NCBI RefSeq assembly: GCF_009914755.1
Contig: NC_060929.1
Strand: one strand, 5' to 3'
From: the human T2T-CHM13v2.0 reference genome, Homo sapiens
Length of the DNA: 64,000 nucleotides
Both the position numbers and the translations under genes were made by a program. This document shows, piece by piece, positions 43,001-56,270 of the stretch (its first letter is position 1; each line of letters starts with the position of its first letter). Below the pieces are notes generated by a model. That model did not search any database, had not been told where the DNA came from, and was given only the letters and a program-made list of their open reading frames with translations.

Positions 43001-44499
43001 GATTTATGAATCCTCTCTACAACTCTTCCCCACTGGGAGAGACCAACATGTAAATAATGAACTGCAGGCCTGAAGATGTAATGAGTGCTGAAACAGAGAA
43101 GCAAACGAGGCACTACTGGTACTCAGAGGAGGAGCTCCAACTCCCTGGGAAAGACAGAGAGTGTGTCTAACAGAAGGGATGGCTAAACTGAGTCTTGAAA
43201 GATGAGAGAGGATTTGCCCTGTGGTCCTGGCAATAAAGAAGAATTGAGTAAATATTATGTAAGAAAATTTGGTAAGAATTATGGATGTATCAAGACTATT
43301 GATTAGCTTGGAGTTGCAGGTAACATGCAGAAGGAGGAGAGAATTTAGAAAGGGCTCATTTTTATATCTGATATTAAAACTGGTCTATTCTTACCCTTCA
43401 CACGACAGGTAAAACATTTAATTTGGGAGAAGACAATTCTATTTTCTCAACTGCAGAATGGAAATAAGCTATTTAATAATAACTCTATTGCAATCTTTCT
43501 ACATGCCAAGCACAGTATTTACCACTGTACATGTATTAACTCATTAAAACAAATTCATGAAGTAGGTATCATTTTGCAGTTACATAAAACACAAAATGAA
43601 GACTTTTAAATTTGCCCAATGTCATGCAACTTGTATGCGTAGGACCCATTCATTGACTCAGTTAATGTTTTTTGAGAGCCTTTGATGTGTCTGACAAAAT
43701 TTAAAATCACTTCAGCCTGATTCCAAAACATTTGTTTTAACCGCTGCATGGTCCTTGTCTTTCTCTTAGGACCAGAAACACAACACTCTTTTTCATATCT
43801 ATTATTGCCTTTAGAACTCTCAGATGACTTACAAAGAAGTCCTGTTCTATAGAAGTCAAAGTGTAAGGCCACTAAACACATTTGCTGTCCAGAGCATTAT
43901 GAAGATTTAACACAAGGCTATGTATCATTCATTGTCATAATGTTCTGAGCACTGATTGAATTAATCGCTTAGGGCTTTTCACTTAGAAATCCCATTTTTT
44001 AGGGTGGTTATAAACTAGCAGTTAATATTTTTCCTATGTGAAATAGGGTTCAGGCAAGGGAGTGCTTTAATCCTGCAAAACCGTATGCACAACATAGCTA
44101 TTGCATTGTAAAATGATCACATGAGATAGATAATTAAATAAAAGGGGATTTGGTGCCTAGATCTAGGGTTGTGGTTGAAAAACTTCTTATGATGTTGCAC
44201 TGGTTGCTTCATAGAGTCTGATTAAATGCAACTAATAATAATAAATAATAGTCATTAATATTTCCCTTTTAATCATTCACATAACAGAGACTTAGTGAAG
44301 ATAAATAATTGACCTTCTGCTCAGTGTTGGTAAGCAATGGAGATAGGATTTAATCTAAGCTGTTAGACTCTAGGGCCCATTCTCTCAACCGCATCACTAT
44401 AGTCCCACCCTTAAAGGATGGTGGCAAAAGATACATGGAATAAGGCCGGTAAAGCGTTTCACATGGTATGTGTCAAATAAGTGCTCTGTTCTAAAATCA

Positions 44500-45230
44500 G
44501 CTTCTTCAACAAATATGTATTGAATGCTGCATAGCTGCCAAGCACTGTACTTGGTATGGAAGATACAGCAGTGAATAAATAAAACAGACATACATCGTTG
44601 GCTCATGGAGCTGCTATGTTAGTTGGAGACCCACATAATAAGCATGCTAAGTAAATATACTGTGCTAGATTATAATAATAATGTGTTATGGGAAAAAATA
44701 ATACAGAACAGAGGTCGACAGGAAGGATCCAGGTGGTGTTGTGATTTTAGATCTGAGAAAGCCTAAGTAGTTGCTATTTGATTAAAGGCTGATGCCTGGG
44801 GGGGAAAGCGTGCCAGGGTAGTGAGGAAATAGTACAAGAGCTCCACAGTGAGCACAGACGTCCAAGTTCCAGGAACTTCAGGGAGCCGGGGAGGCTGGAG
44901 GAATGAGTGAGCTAGGACAGCAGCCAAAGAGAGGGCAGACAGTAATGGGAGGGCAGTGTGTGCAGACCATGCTGTGCTTTTTAGGCCATTTTGCATTGAT
45001 TTAAGCTTTTACTCAGAGTGGGTAGGAAGCCACAGGAGGAGTTGAGAGGGGCAGTGCCCTGATCTGACTTAGCTTTTAACATTTTACTCTGACTGCTCTA
45101 GTAAAAGGAGAAGACTGAGCATAAGGGTGGAATTAAGCGGACTGGTTTGGAGGTCACTGCAAAAATCCAGCTTGGAGATGGTAGCGGCTTAGAGAGTGGA
45201 AGCAAGGGAGGTGGTGATAGGACTAGATGC
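44500..45230 (-). mobile_element. L2 LINE fragment
   Basis: ttcaacaaatatgtattgaatgc tail and tgatctgactta..tttta core. Boundaries approximate. Confidence 0.65.
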
Positions 45231-45774
45231 AAGCTGATGGTAATCCTTTTTGGGTGGATGTTTCATCAGAATCATGGGATCAGTAAGTTGAGCTGAGATG
45301 CAGAGCCACGTTGATCTGATGATGTATTAAACAGTACACGTTACTGTTTGTTCCTAAAATGTATAAAGCTCTCACTCTAAGCAGGGCATTGTGCCAGGCA
45401 CTGCAGCTAAAACACTCTGAGGGTGTCCATGCCCTCAGAGAGCTGTCCTCCTATTAAGAGGATAATAGTTACACCATAACTATATGTGGCTGCAGAATAT
45501 GGCTATAGCACATTTGTTCAATGAATATTCACTGCATACACAGTTTTAGGGGCTGGAGATAGAGCTGAGGATAGAATAAACAAACATCCTTGCTTTCCTG
45601 GAGTTTATACTCTAGCAGAGTGAAACAAAAATCAGCAAGATAACTATGTAAGTTACATAGTATGTTAAAAGGTAATAATGAGAGACTTCATGACGATCTA
45701 GCCCACACCTGTGCAACACTGTCATAGTGAAAAATTAGAAACAATGCACTGTCCATGTAAAGGGGAACAGCTTG

Positions 45775-46068
45775 GGCTGGACACAGTGGCTCACACCAGT
45801 AATCCCAGCATTTTTGGAGGCTGAGGCGAGGGGATCGCTTGAGACCACAGGTTTGAGACCAGCCTAGGCAACATTGTGAAACCCTGTTTCCACAAACAAA
45901 CAAACAAACAAAAATTGTTAGGCATGGTGTTTGGGAGGCTAAGGTGGTAGAATCACTTGAGCCCAGAAGGTTGAGGGTGCAGTGAGCTATTATGGCACCA
46001 CTGCACTCCAGCCTGGGTGACAGATTGAGACCCTGTCCCTAAAAAAAGCTTAAAAAACAAAAATAAAA
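45775..46068 (+). mobile_element. AluJ with an internal deletion in the right arm
   Basis: AluJ motifs; degenerate TSD aaagggga(a/c)cagc-like. Confidence 0.85.
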
Positions 46069-46244
46069 AAGGGACCAGCATAATAAAGTGGTATGTCCAG
46101 TCTATAAATTACTATGCAATAGTTTAAAAACACATAGGAAGATCTACATGAACCAATGAGGCTAGTTGCACCTCAAAACATTTAAAGAGCAAGATGACGA
46201 ATGAAGTCCAAAGTATAATGTCATTCATGTAAAAAACTAAAGAG

Positions 46245-46245
<1 letters not shown>

Positions 46246-46285
<40 letters not shown>
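46246..46285. repeat. (TA)n microsatellite, about 20 units
   Basis: Seen directly. Confidence 0.95.
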
Positions 46286-46290
<5 letters not shown>

Positions 46291-47725
46291 TATGCACACA
46301 CATCTATGTGGACCTATAGGTACATACATGCATAAAAACATTTTGGAAAGATATATGAGGTAACAGGGTCCATCTCACTGAGGGATCAAAAAGTCTTCCT
46401 GGATGCCTCACATGGTTCATTGCAAACCCTCTGGGGAATGTGTCTCAGGTGAGTGTGTAGCTCCTTCTCCAGTGCTTCGTGGCTATTGCATGACGCATAC
46501 TGTGTGGCCCTCTGCTGGATAAACCTAACCTTGACCACAACTCTGACAAATTATATACCTGGATCTGTTGCTGGAAATGCTGAGACCCTTTGGGTACACA
46601 GGATGGGTCCTGGGAGAAAATGGGATTTCTCCTCTCTCCCTTGTCTCCAACACCTTCCTGGGGGTAGGTGCCTGAAGCTCTATTCTGGTCTCCTTTTCCT
46701 CATGGGTTATCTCACCCACTCATTCAGCCTTCTCAAGATTGGTTAATGTGACGGACTACTCCAGTCAAAGTGCTAGCAGATAGGGAGGTTGGTATTTTAA
46801 AACTCTCTCATCCCCCAGATACATGAGTTTTATTTTAAAAGTGGGATAGGAGACACAAGCATTGCATAAGATTGTATATGAGAAAACACTGTTACCCATA
46901 AACCACTGTAAACATATTCCATTATTAAAATGATTAATATTTGTTCTCCCACCCTCTCCATTGTGCACAGATGAAATGTTATTGTTACTATTAACCTTCT
47001 CACCTCCTCCACGGTACACAGACTGGGGAATGCTATTAATAGTTTCCCCCCATCCCCCACCCAGCTCCTTCTGTTACTGTGAAGTAATTTGGATGAACTA
47101 TGCTAGGCTTAAAAGGCCAAGGATTTTTCATCTTCCCTATTCCAAGTAGCATTCTTTCTCCTTATTGTTGAAATTTACAAAGTACTTGAATACGATGCAG
47201 ACGCTATACTCACCTCACCTTTTATATGAAAAAACTGGGGCTCAGAATCATGCACTTACCCAAGGCTGCACAAAGCTGGGATTTAACCCAAGCCTTCTCC
47301 CGAACCTTGTGTTCATATAGCACAACCCAAGCTTTGGCCCTGAAGGATTCTTTACCACATAGACTTTCTCTCCTAAAGTCTAGCCCAGAAGAGAGGAGTG
47401 TTTGCTTCTCTTTTGACTCAAGGGCACATGAGGGTGCTGGCTGGTCAGTGGAGGTAGACCTGGAGCAAAGGCGATGTGATGTCCACGCCTCATGGGAGGG
47501 GAGTCTGTGCATGGGAGCGGTTAAGCAGCGCCGTGGGTGACTCCTTGAGACTTTTTGCTCCTGTGTTTCCCTGTGCATGTGTTTGTCTCTGTGTCCTTCT
47601 CTCAAGTCTTTAAACAGGATGGTCCTTCCTGTTTCGGAGACTTTACCTGTCCCATTCCCTTTGCAAAGTCCTGTCTTCCATAGATTCTAATCATCTCAGC
47701 TCCAGTGTCATTGACTCAAGGAAGC

Positions 47726-48145
47726 TGTTGTTGGTTGAGTCACGTCCCTCAAAAGATATGTTTAAGTCCTAACTCCCAGTACCAAGGAATGTCACCTTAC
47801 TTGGAAATAGAGTCTCTGCAAATGTAATCAAGATGACTGATGTCCTTTTAAAAAGGAAAATTTAGACACAAACATACAGATATATCCAGGGGAGAATGTC
47901 ATGTAAAAATGAAGGCAGAGATTGGGGCATTGTGTCTACAAATCAAAAAACATCAAGGAATGCCAGTGACTACCAGAAGCTAGAAGAGAGGACGGAATAG
48001 TCTTCTTAGAGCTCCGGAAAGAACCAAGCTTGCTGACACCCAGTTTCAGACTTCTGGCCTCCAGAACTGTGAGAGGATACATTTCTGTTGTTTTAAGCCA
48101 CCAGTTTGTGGTAATTTGTTACAGCAGCTCTAGAAAATAAATACA
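47726..48145 (+). mobile_element. MLT1B/C (ERVL-MaLR) solo LTR
   Basis: aaaagatatg...aagtcctaac...ggaaatag...gacttctggcctccagaactgtgaga...aataca. Confidence 0.82.
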
Positions 48146-48859
48146 GATCTTCCTGAGATTTTCAGATCAGGCCAGGTTCTTCTAGTGCATGTTTTCACAA
48201 TATCAGCTATTTTTCTAAATAACATGTATCACAGCTTGTGGTTATAAATTTGATTTTTTAAATCAATATTTATCTCTCCCACTAAAATGAAAGACTTGTG
48301 AAAGTAGGGAGGGTGTTTGCTCATATGACTAATATAAAAACAGTATGATAAACATTTTTTAAATGAAAGAGAGTAAATGAATGAATGGATTGATGAATGA
48401 CAAGAAGAGAGTGCAGCACTTGTAATTTTGACCTGGGGACATGCGGAAACGGTCCATTTGAAAGCATAATAAAGCTCGCTCTCTCTTTCTCCATCTAGAT
48501 TTGAACGATGGTCTTTTTAAAAGTCTATGGGTAATAATAAGATTGACAAAGCAGTTCCTAATATCAGGGAAAACTGTCAACACTAACACTGATGATAATT
48601 ACTGTAAAACTGTGAAAAATGAGAACAAATCATTTCTGTTAGAGAAAATGAATGCTTTTTATCTTATATCTTATTATCAACCAGCACAATCATAATTATG
48701 TGTGCCACCAATTTTGTATATGACCTAAAATTGTAAACAATTTTTATTTGAGGGAAACAGTAAAATTATACATTTTTTCCTATCTTTAAAGTTAGCTCTT
48801 TATAAATATAATATGATATTCACATATCATAAAAATTACTGGAAGAATGATGTTGCTTT

Positions 48860-49090
48860 ATGCTTAAGGACAAGAACTCTGGAGTCAGACCCTAGGCTTA
48901 AAGGCCAGCTCTTATCTCTTACTAACTGTGTGACCTTGGGCATGTTACTTAACATCTCTCTGCCCAGCTTTTAATTTCTCCCTCACAGAGTAGTTGTTTG
49001 GATGCATCTAATAAACTAATACTGTTCATGTAAATACATACCAAAGTAATAAGCACATTGTAAACCTCCATACATTTTCACCATTAATAT
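48860..49090 (+). mobile_element. MIR SINE
   Basis: ctctggagtcagac...ctgtgtgaccttgggcatgttacttaac core. Confidence 0.8.
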
Positions 49091-49673
49091 TATCAGACAT
49101 GTGACATTTGATGAGATCATGGTGAGTAGTCATTCAGCTTTTCTCACCTACTTACATCAGAACTACACATTGCAAATCACTTTCCCTTTTCATCTTTAAG
49201 AATCAGACAGCAATGAACAAAATAGGTGAGTGATGTGTGGGATTACGGGTGGCAAAGAGATATCACAAACACATTTTTTAATAAAAAAAGGGGCTGAAAA
49301 CATAAATGTTTTAATTTGTGGCAAGAGAGTAAGAGGCACAAAATAAAATGTTACAATAAAAAAAAAATTGGAATTAAAACTCCCTGCTTTCATTCTTTTG
49401 AAAGCATTAATTTATTTTATAGTAGATTTTTAAGTTCAAGTTTTTGCACTTTCGTTTCAGTCCTGTCAAGTCAAAATTTCAAACGACTGTTAAAATCTTA
49501 TGTTAACTGAATGGTTTAAATCCTTAGAATTACAATTAATTTGGGGGTTATACTTCTGATCAAATAAATAGAATTTCATAAAATCAAAGTAATTAAGCAT
49601 ATCTGCTGTGGTGGCCCCTTCTCAAATAAATCCTTTCTACTAACAACATTTTCAAGAACTTGGTTGTTGAAGT

Positions 49674-51173
49674 TCCAGATAGGTGAAGTTTACGATGGAC
49701 ACTGGATTAATAGCTTCTCTTAGTCTGCAGCTGGGCTACATCAATTCCCACATCTCCTCTCCTAAGAGAGCCAATTAATATTTTTAAATTGGTATCAGAA
49801 TAGCCAGGCTAGAACCTAGCTCTTGTCCTGGTGTCAAATGTGATCACTCTCATTCAACCTCAGATTTAATGTTGACTTGTCTGCTGGAAATCTCTACTGC
49901 CTACACTGGGAAGATTCCAAGTTTTTTTAGAAAAAACCCCTTTAATGATCCATTTTGGCTAGAGAGGATAAAGTTGATTTTCCAGGGAGATGTCAGCAGC
50001 TTGCGCTCTTTTTGGGTGTCTCTCATCTTGTCTTTGTGGTTAATTGTGGAGTCACAGTCATATCATGGGCAGCTAAAATAGGAACAGGACTCCTTGATGG
50101 GCTGTCTACACCACAAGCAGTCATTACCCCGGGTCAGGACTTCCTGAGAAATAAAGAGGGTATACAGGAAAATGAACAAGGCAACAAGATTCCTACAGAT
50201 CCTATAATTGTCTAGTGAAATTGATAGGCTATGCTTGTCAAAGCTGCTGTTTGGCATTCTCCCTTCCTGTCTCTCCCTCCCTCCTGGTGACTGGCAATGT
50301 CCATCTGCAGCTTTTACAATTTGATGTGTAATTTGGCCTCTCATGTCTCCCTGAATGTGCCTTCATGTCACTTCTACTTTTGAGACTGCATCTTTCTTAA
50401 ACTTATCTCTTGGTATTTTTCAGATTCACTCTTCTTTGCTGTTGAATAGCCAGAATTCATCTTTGAAAAATTTACTGTGAAAATAAAAACAACTGTCAAA
50501 TGAAGAAAATAAAACACAGAGTACTCAACTGTTTTGTCAGGCATAGAAATTAAATTTTAAGTCTGTTGTACTTTTGATGAAAGTATGCACATATGGGCTC
50601 AGAGCTTATCAAATTGTGACAAATTTTGTGTTTGTTTAAGGTTCCACACTGGAGGCTGAGTAACTTGGAGGCACAGGATAATAAAAGCACATGCAAGCGA
50701 GCCAATTTGTTTTATATGTAACCATTTCAGATGCAGGATCAGAAGGATTTTCTCCCTTCATTCTCAAATTTCTGCTAGGCATGAGTATTTATGATCAAGC
50801 TAGACTCAAAACAAACTAACAATGCGTTAAATATTAACACCCAGGACTCTTATGGAATGATTTTTTTTGTACTAAGTTTGGCAGTTTAGGGACAGTTGCC
50901 AATGATCCAACTAAATTAAAGTGCTGTTGAATACACGCTTAAATAAAGAAAAGCCTATTTAGTAGTTGAGAGGCTAAAAAAGAAAAGAAAATTGGCACCA
51001 ATTGCCCGGCTTCCTTCCACAACTACCTCTAAGGTAGAAGACTCTCAAGGATCCAGACTTCCTTTTCATAGACTCCAGATAGATGAGGTTTATGATGGAC
51101 ACTGGATTAATGGCTTCTGTTAGTCTGCAGCTTGGCTATATCAGTTCCCACATATCCTGTCTCGAGAGAGCCA
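49674..51173 (+). repeat. Dispersed direct repeat: 100-bp copies at 49674-49773 and 51074-51173
   Basis: Manual ungapped alignment gives 13 mismatches in 100 bp. Confidence 0.9.
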
Positions 51174-51348
51174 GATGAATAGGATTCCTCCTTAGGGCAT
51201 TATTGAATGGCAATGGCACTTCTCCAATAGTAGCATCCCTAGCATGGGCATCAGGCCCAGATATTTATTATATGTTCTTCCATAGCTTCTGACCAGCAAG
51301 TAAGGTTTGCATTTCTCATTTCTTCCTCTATTGTTACGGAAGTGAAAG

Positions 51349-51351
<3 letters not shown>

Positions 51352-51390
<39 letters not shown>

Positions 51391-51421
51391 CAGAGACAGA
51401 GACAGAGAAAGAGAGAGAGAA
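51352..51421. repeat. (TG)n(GA)n compound microsatellite
   Basis: Seen directly. Confidence 0.9.
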
Positions 51422-51910
51422 CAAGTGAGCAAATTCAGAAACTTTTCCCCCTCATTTATACTAATTTTTAGGTACTGATTGATAGAAATTGAGATTTAAC
51501 TCTTGATGTAACTGCTTGACTTAGACTGAGACCTAAGTTATATATAATAGAAACTTTTTTTCTGGCAAAATTACATAGAATAACACATAGTTCTATTATA
51601 TTATACATTTTAAAGCCCACAAAGATGAAGTGTTTAAAGTCTGAACATAATATTCTAATATTTGCTTTCACTTTAAAGGAGAGACAAAAATACAACAATA
51701 TTTTATGGAGATCTTTCCAATTACAGGCTTCTACCAGCCTTAACTTTCCTTATCTCAATAAAGGTTAGGACATCATATCCCTTATGGAGGTTGGACAAAA
51801 TTTAGTAAACATATACTGAGTGCCAACCATATTTAAGATATTGCTCTATATAAGGTTTACTGAGACCGACATGTTGCAAAACTTCAGGAGATGCCATTCA
51901 TGTATACTTC

Positions 51911-54540
51911 TGATATGGTTTGGCTGTGTCCCCAGCCAAAACTCGAATTGTAGTTCCCATAATCCCCATGTGTCATGGGAGAGGCCCAGTGGAAAGTGAT
52001 TGGATCATGGGACAGTTTCCCTCATGCTGTTCTCATGATAGTGAGTGCATTCTCACAAGATCTGATGGTTTTATAAGGGGCTTCCCCATTTGCTCGGCAT
52101 TTCTCTCTGTGCCGCCATGCAAAGAAGGATGTGTTTTCTTCTCCTTCTGCCATAATTTTAAGATTCCTGAGGCCTCCTCAGTCATGCAGAACTGTGAGTC
52201 AATTAAATCTCTTTCCTTTATAAATTACCCAGTCTTGGGTATTTCTTTACAGCAGTGTGAGAACAGACTAATACAGTAAATTGGTACTGCAGAGAGTGCC
52301 ATGCTGGTATAAGGATACCTGAAAATGTGGAAGCAACTTTGGAACTGTGTAACAGACAGAAGTTGGAACAGTTTGGAGGGCTCAGACAAGACAGGAAAAT
52401 ATGGGAAAGTCTGGACCTTCCTAGAGACTTGCTGAATGGCTTTGACCAAAATGCTGATAGTGATGTGGACAATGAAATCCAGGCTGAGGTGGTCTCAGAT
52501 GGAGATGAGGAACTTGTAGGGAACTGGAATAAAGGTGATTCTTGCTATGCTTTAGCAAAGAGACTGGCAACATTTTGCCCCTGCCCTAGAGATCTGAGGA
52601 ACTTTGAACTTGGGAGAGATGATTTAGGGTATCTGGCAGAAGAAATTTCTAAGCAGCAGAGTGTTCAAGAGGAAGCAGAGCATAAAAGTTTGGAAAATTT
52701 GCAGGCTGATGATGCAATAGAAAAGAAAAACCCATTTTCTCGGGGAGAAATCTAAGCCTGCTGTAGAAATTTGCATAAGTAACAAGGAGCCTGTATTAGT
52801 TCGTTTTCACACTGCTAATAAAAACATACCTGAGACTGGGAAGAAAAAGAGGCTTAATTGGACTTACAGTTTCACATGACTGAAGAGCCTTTAGAATCAT
52901 GGCAGGAGGTGAAAGGCACTTCTTACATGGTGGCAGCAAGAGAAAAATGAGGAAGAAGCAAAAGTGGAAACCCCTGATAAACTCAGCAGATCTCATGAGA
53001 CTTATTCACTATCATGAGAACAGCACAGGAAAGACCAGCCCCCATGATTCAATTATCTCCCCATGGGTCCCTCCCACAACATGTGGGAATTCTGGGAGAT
53101 AAAACTGAAGTTGAGATTTGAATGGGGACACAGCCAAATCATATAAAAGCCAAATGTTAATCACCAAAACAATGGAGAATATGTCTCCAGGGCATGACAG
53201 AGGCCTTCACAGCAGCCTCTCCCATCACAGGCCTGGAGGCCTAGAAGGAAAAAATGGTTACATAGGTTGGGTCTAGGGCCACCCTGCTGTGTGCAGCCTG
53301 GGGACTTGGAGCCCTGCATCCAAGCTGCTCCAGCTGTGGCTAAAAGAGGCCAAGGTACAGCTCAGGCCATGCCTTCCAAGGATGCAGATCCTAAACCTTG
53401 GCAGCTTCCACATAATGATGAGCCTGCTGGTGCATAAAAGTCAAGAATTGAGGTTTGGGAACCTCTGCCTAGATTTCAGAGGATGTACAAAAATGCCTGG
53501 ATGTCCAGGCAGAAATTTGCTGCAGGGGCGGAGTCCTCATGGAGAATCTTTGCTAGGGCAGTGCAGAAGGGAAATGTGGGGTTGGAGACTTGACACAGAG
53601 TCACCACTGGGGCACTGCCTAGTGGAGCTGTGAGAAGAGGACCACTGTCCTCCAGACCCCAGAATGGTAGAGCCACCAACAGCTTGCACTGTGTGCTTGG
53701 AAAAGCCGCAGACACTCAACAGCAGCTGTGAAAGCAGCTGGGAGGGGGGCTGTATCCTGCAAAGTCACAGGAGCGGAGCTTCCCAAGGCCATGAGCCCAC
53801 CTCTTGCATTAGTGTGACCTGAATGTGAGATATGGAGTCCAAAGAGATCATTTGGAAACTTTAGGGTTTAATGACTGCTCTATTGGATTTTGGACTTGCA
53901 TGACCCCATAGCCTCTTTGTTCTGGCCAATTTGTCCCATTTTGAACAGGTGTATTTACCCAATGCCTGCACCCCATTGTATCTAGGAACTAACTTACTTT
54001 TGATTTTATAGGATCATAGGCAGAAGAGACTTGCCTTGTCTCAGATGAGACTTTGGACTTGGACTTTTGGGTTAATGCTGGAATGAGTTAAGACTTTGGG
54101 GTACTGTTGGAAAGGCATGATTGTGTTTTGAAATGTGAGGACACAAGATTTGGAGGGATGGGGGTAGAATGATATGGTTTGGCTGTGTCCCCACCCAAAT
54201 CTCATCTTGAACTGTAGTTCCCATAATCCCCATGTGTTGTGGGACGGACCCAGTGGGAAGTGATTGGATGATGAAGATGGTTTTCCTCATGCTGTTCTCA
54301 TGATAGTGAGTGAGTTCTCACAAGATCTGATGGTCTTATTAGGGCTTCCCCCTTCACTCAACACTTCTCTCTCCTGCTGCCTTGTGAGGAAGGACGTGTT
54401 TGCTTCCCCTTCTGCCATGATTGTACGTTTCCTGAGGCCTCCCTAGCCATGTGGAACCATGAGTCAATTAAACCTCTTTCTTTCATAAACTACCCAGTCT
54501 CAGGTATTTCTTCATAGCAGCATGAGAATGGACTAATATA
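51911..54540 (+). mobile_element. Full THE1D-like MaLR provirus (5' LTR 51911-52275, internal region, 3' LTR 54170-54540)
   Basis: Two similar LTRs starting TGATATGGTTTGGCTGTGTCCCC; THE1-int ORF remnant (52327-52755); TSD acttc/gcttc. Confidence 0.92.
52792..53146 (-). mobile_element. THE1C-like solo LTR nested in reverse orientation inside THE1D-int
   Basis: tgtattagt...cagccaaatcatataa; TSD gagcc/aagcc; host internal sequence resumes at aaatgttaatc. Confidence 0.88.
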
Positions 54541-55299
54541 GCTTCCTAGAGTTGCTCAAAGTGGAAAGTGGTTGTACAAAAATAATCTGGATTTTCACTG
54601 GTACTCTGTGGGCCATAGAAAAATGCCACCTCCTCAGCTCTGAAAGGCTCTTCACAGTCTGGCTTGAACCTCATTTATCACAATCTACGTTATCTAAGAT
54701 TTGGCCATATAAGATCTATTCACTGCCTACCTTTTCCTGTAATTTGTCTATGCTCTTCTATCCCCCAGGCCTTTGCTCATGCTATGATCTAATCAATAAA
54801 AGAGAAAATATACACCCATCTATTATTACATACAGTAGGAAAAACACTAAAGCATATCACATTTGAAATGTAGGGTAAAGAAAATTTAAAGAAAATAACG
54901 GCAGTTAAAGTTCTGATTTGGTAGGTTGAAAGAATTGCTGCTGGCTTGAGTATGTGTTGACATGAGCACAGTTGTGTTCAAGTAAGTCAAGATGGGTTAC
55001 AGTAAGAAAATGTGTACAATTGTTAAATAAGACAGAATCAGGCTCTAGCCTGGGTGGAAATGGTGAAGAACAGATGTAGAGAGAATTCCAGGGCAAGAAA
55101 AAGTAATTGAAAGATCTAGGGAAGTTGTTTACATTGGTGAAAAAAAAACAATTAGAGAGGGACTCTTTAAATAACAGCAAGACCTCAAGAAAAGAGGGTA
55201 GGCAGAGAGGCAAGTGAGGTGGGATGAAGGCTGAGTGGCTTGGGGAATAGAGAGGAATTAAGAAACATTTTTTACCCCAGCCATAAATGAACTAGTTTT

Positions 55300-56270
55300 C
55301 TTGAACATCTTACTCATAAAAAAAACCCTAAAATTTCTGGATTAACAACAATAGCAAAAGCCAATCGCAGAACAAAAATAGAATTCCAGAAATACAAACA
55401 CCACAGATGGCTCTATCCTTACAGCATCAGCTAAAATGTGATGCCTATTGTACACTGGGGATAGGCAACAAATGCTAGTGTTTCAAGAGTAGGACTTTCT
55501 TTGTATGAAGGAGTTTGCATAAAATTGGGTTTCCAAAGAGAACTAAAAGCAACCTGCCCTTCCTGAAGAACACCAAGGAAAACTGTCTATTCAAACTTGG
55601 TGCTGTGTGAAGCAGAAAATTATTCTCTGGCATGAAGCCTCACGTCATCCTTCATGGTGGTGTGTGACCTAAATGTACGCTATCTATGTTGGTTGAAAGC
55701 ATATTGGCTGAAAGGCCAGTGCTCCCAATGATCAAAGAGAAGCAAATTCAAAACCTCTTTGGAGAAACACCCTTTTAACACAGACCTCAAAACATTTCCC
55801 CAGATAAAGTTCTCAAGTAGAAAAGTTCATGGAGTGGAGGGAAACAGAAATAAAATCAGACCATTAGAGATTCAAATATTGAAATTATTAGTCATAGAGT
55901 ACAAACTATACTAAAAATAGTTAAAAATATGAAAAATATTAAAAATAAAATAAGGGATATAAACAAAGAACTAGTGGCTATAAAAATAAATCAAACCTTT
56001 AGGATGGAGAAAAATAATTATAATTGAAAATTAAATGGATGGTAAACATTAGGTTAGATACAGATAAAGAGACATTTAGTGAACTAGCAAATAGATCTAA
56101 AGAAATTATTCAATAGTAGGAACAAAAAGACAGATATTTAAAATATATATACACGGTTAAGATAAATGGAAATCAGAGTGAGAAAGGCTAATATATGTCT
56201 CATGCAGTTTCTAGGAGAAGAAAATAGGCAAACCTGGGACAAGTATACTAATATTTGAGGAGATATAACA
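55300..56270 (+). mobile_element. Ancient L1M 5'/ORF1-region remnants
   Basis: A-rich sequence with attagtgaactag...atagatctaaagaaattat and ctaatatatgtct ORF1-like motifs. Boundaries approximate. Confidence 0.5.

Noticed and set aside
49674-49773. Idea that the 100-bp repeat is a duplicated coding exon or CRISPR-like unit
   Set aside because: In-frame stops, no synonymous bias, only two copies and a eukaryotic context.
52327-52755. 142-aa acidic ORF
   Set aside because: Known MaLR (THE1-int) internal ORF remnant with a GTG start; not a host gene.
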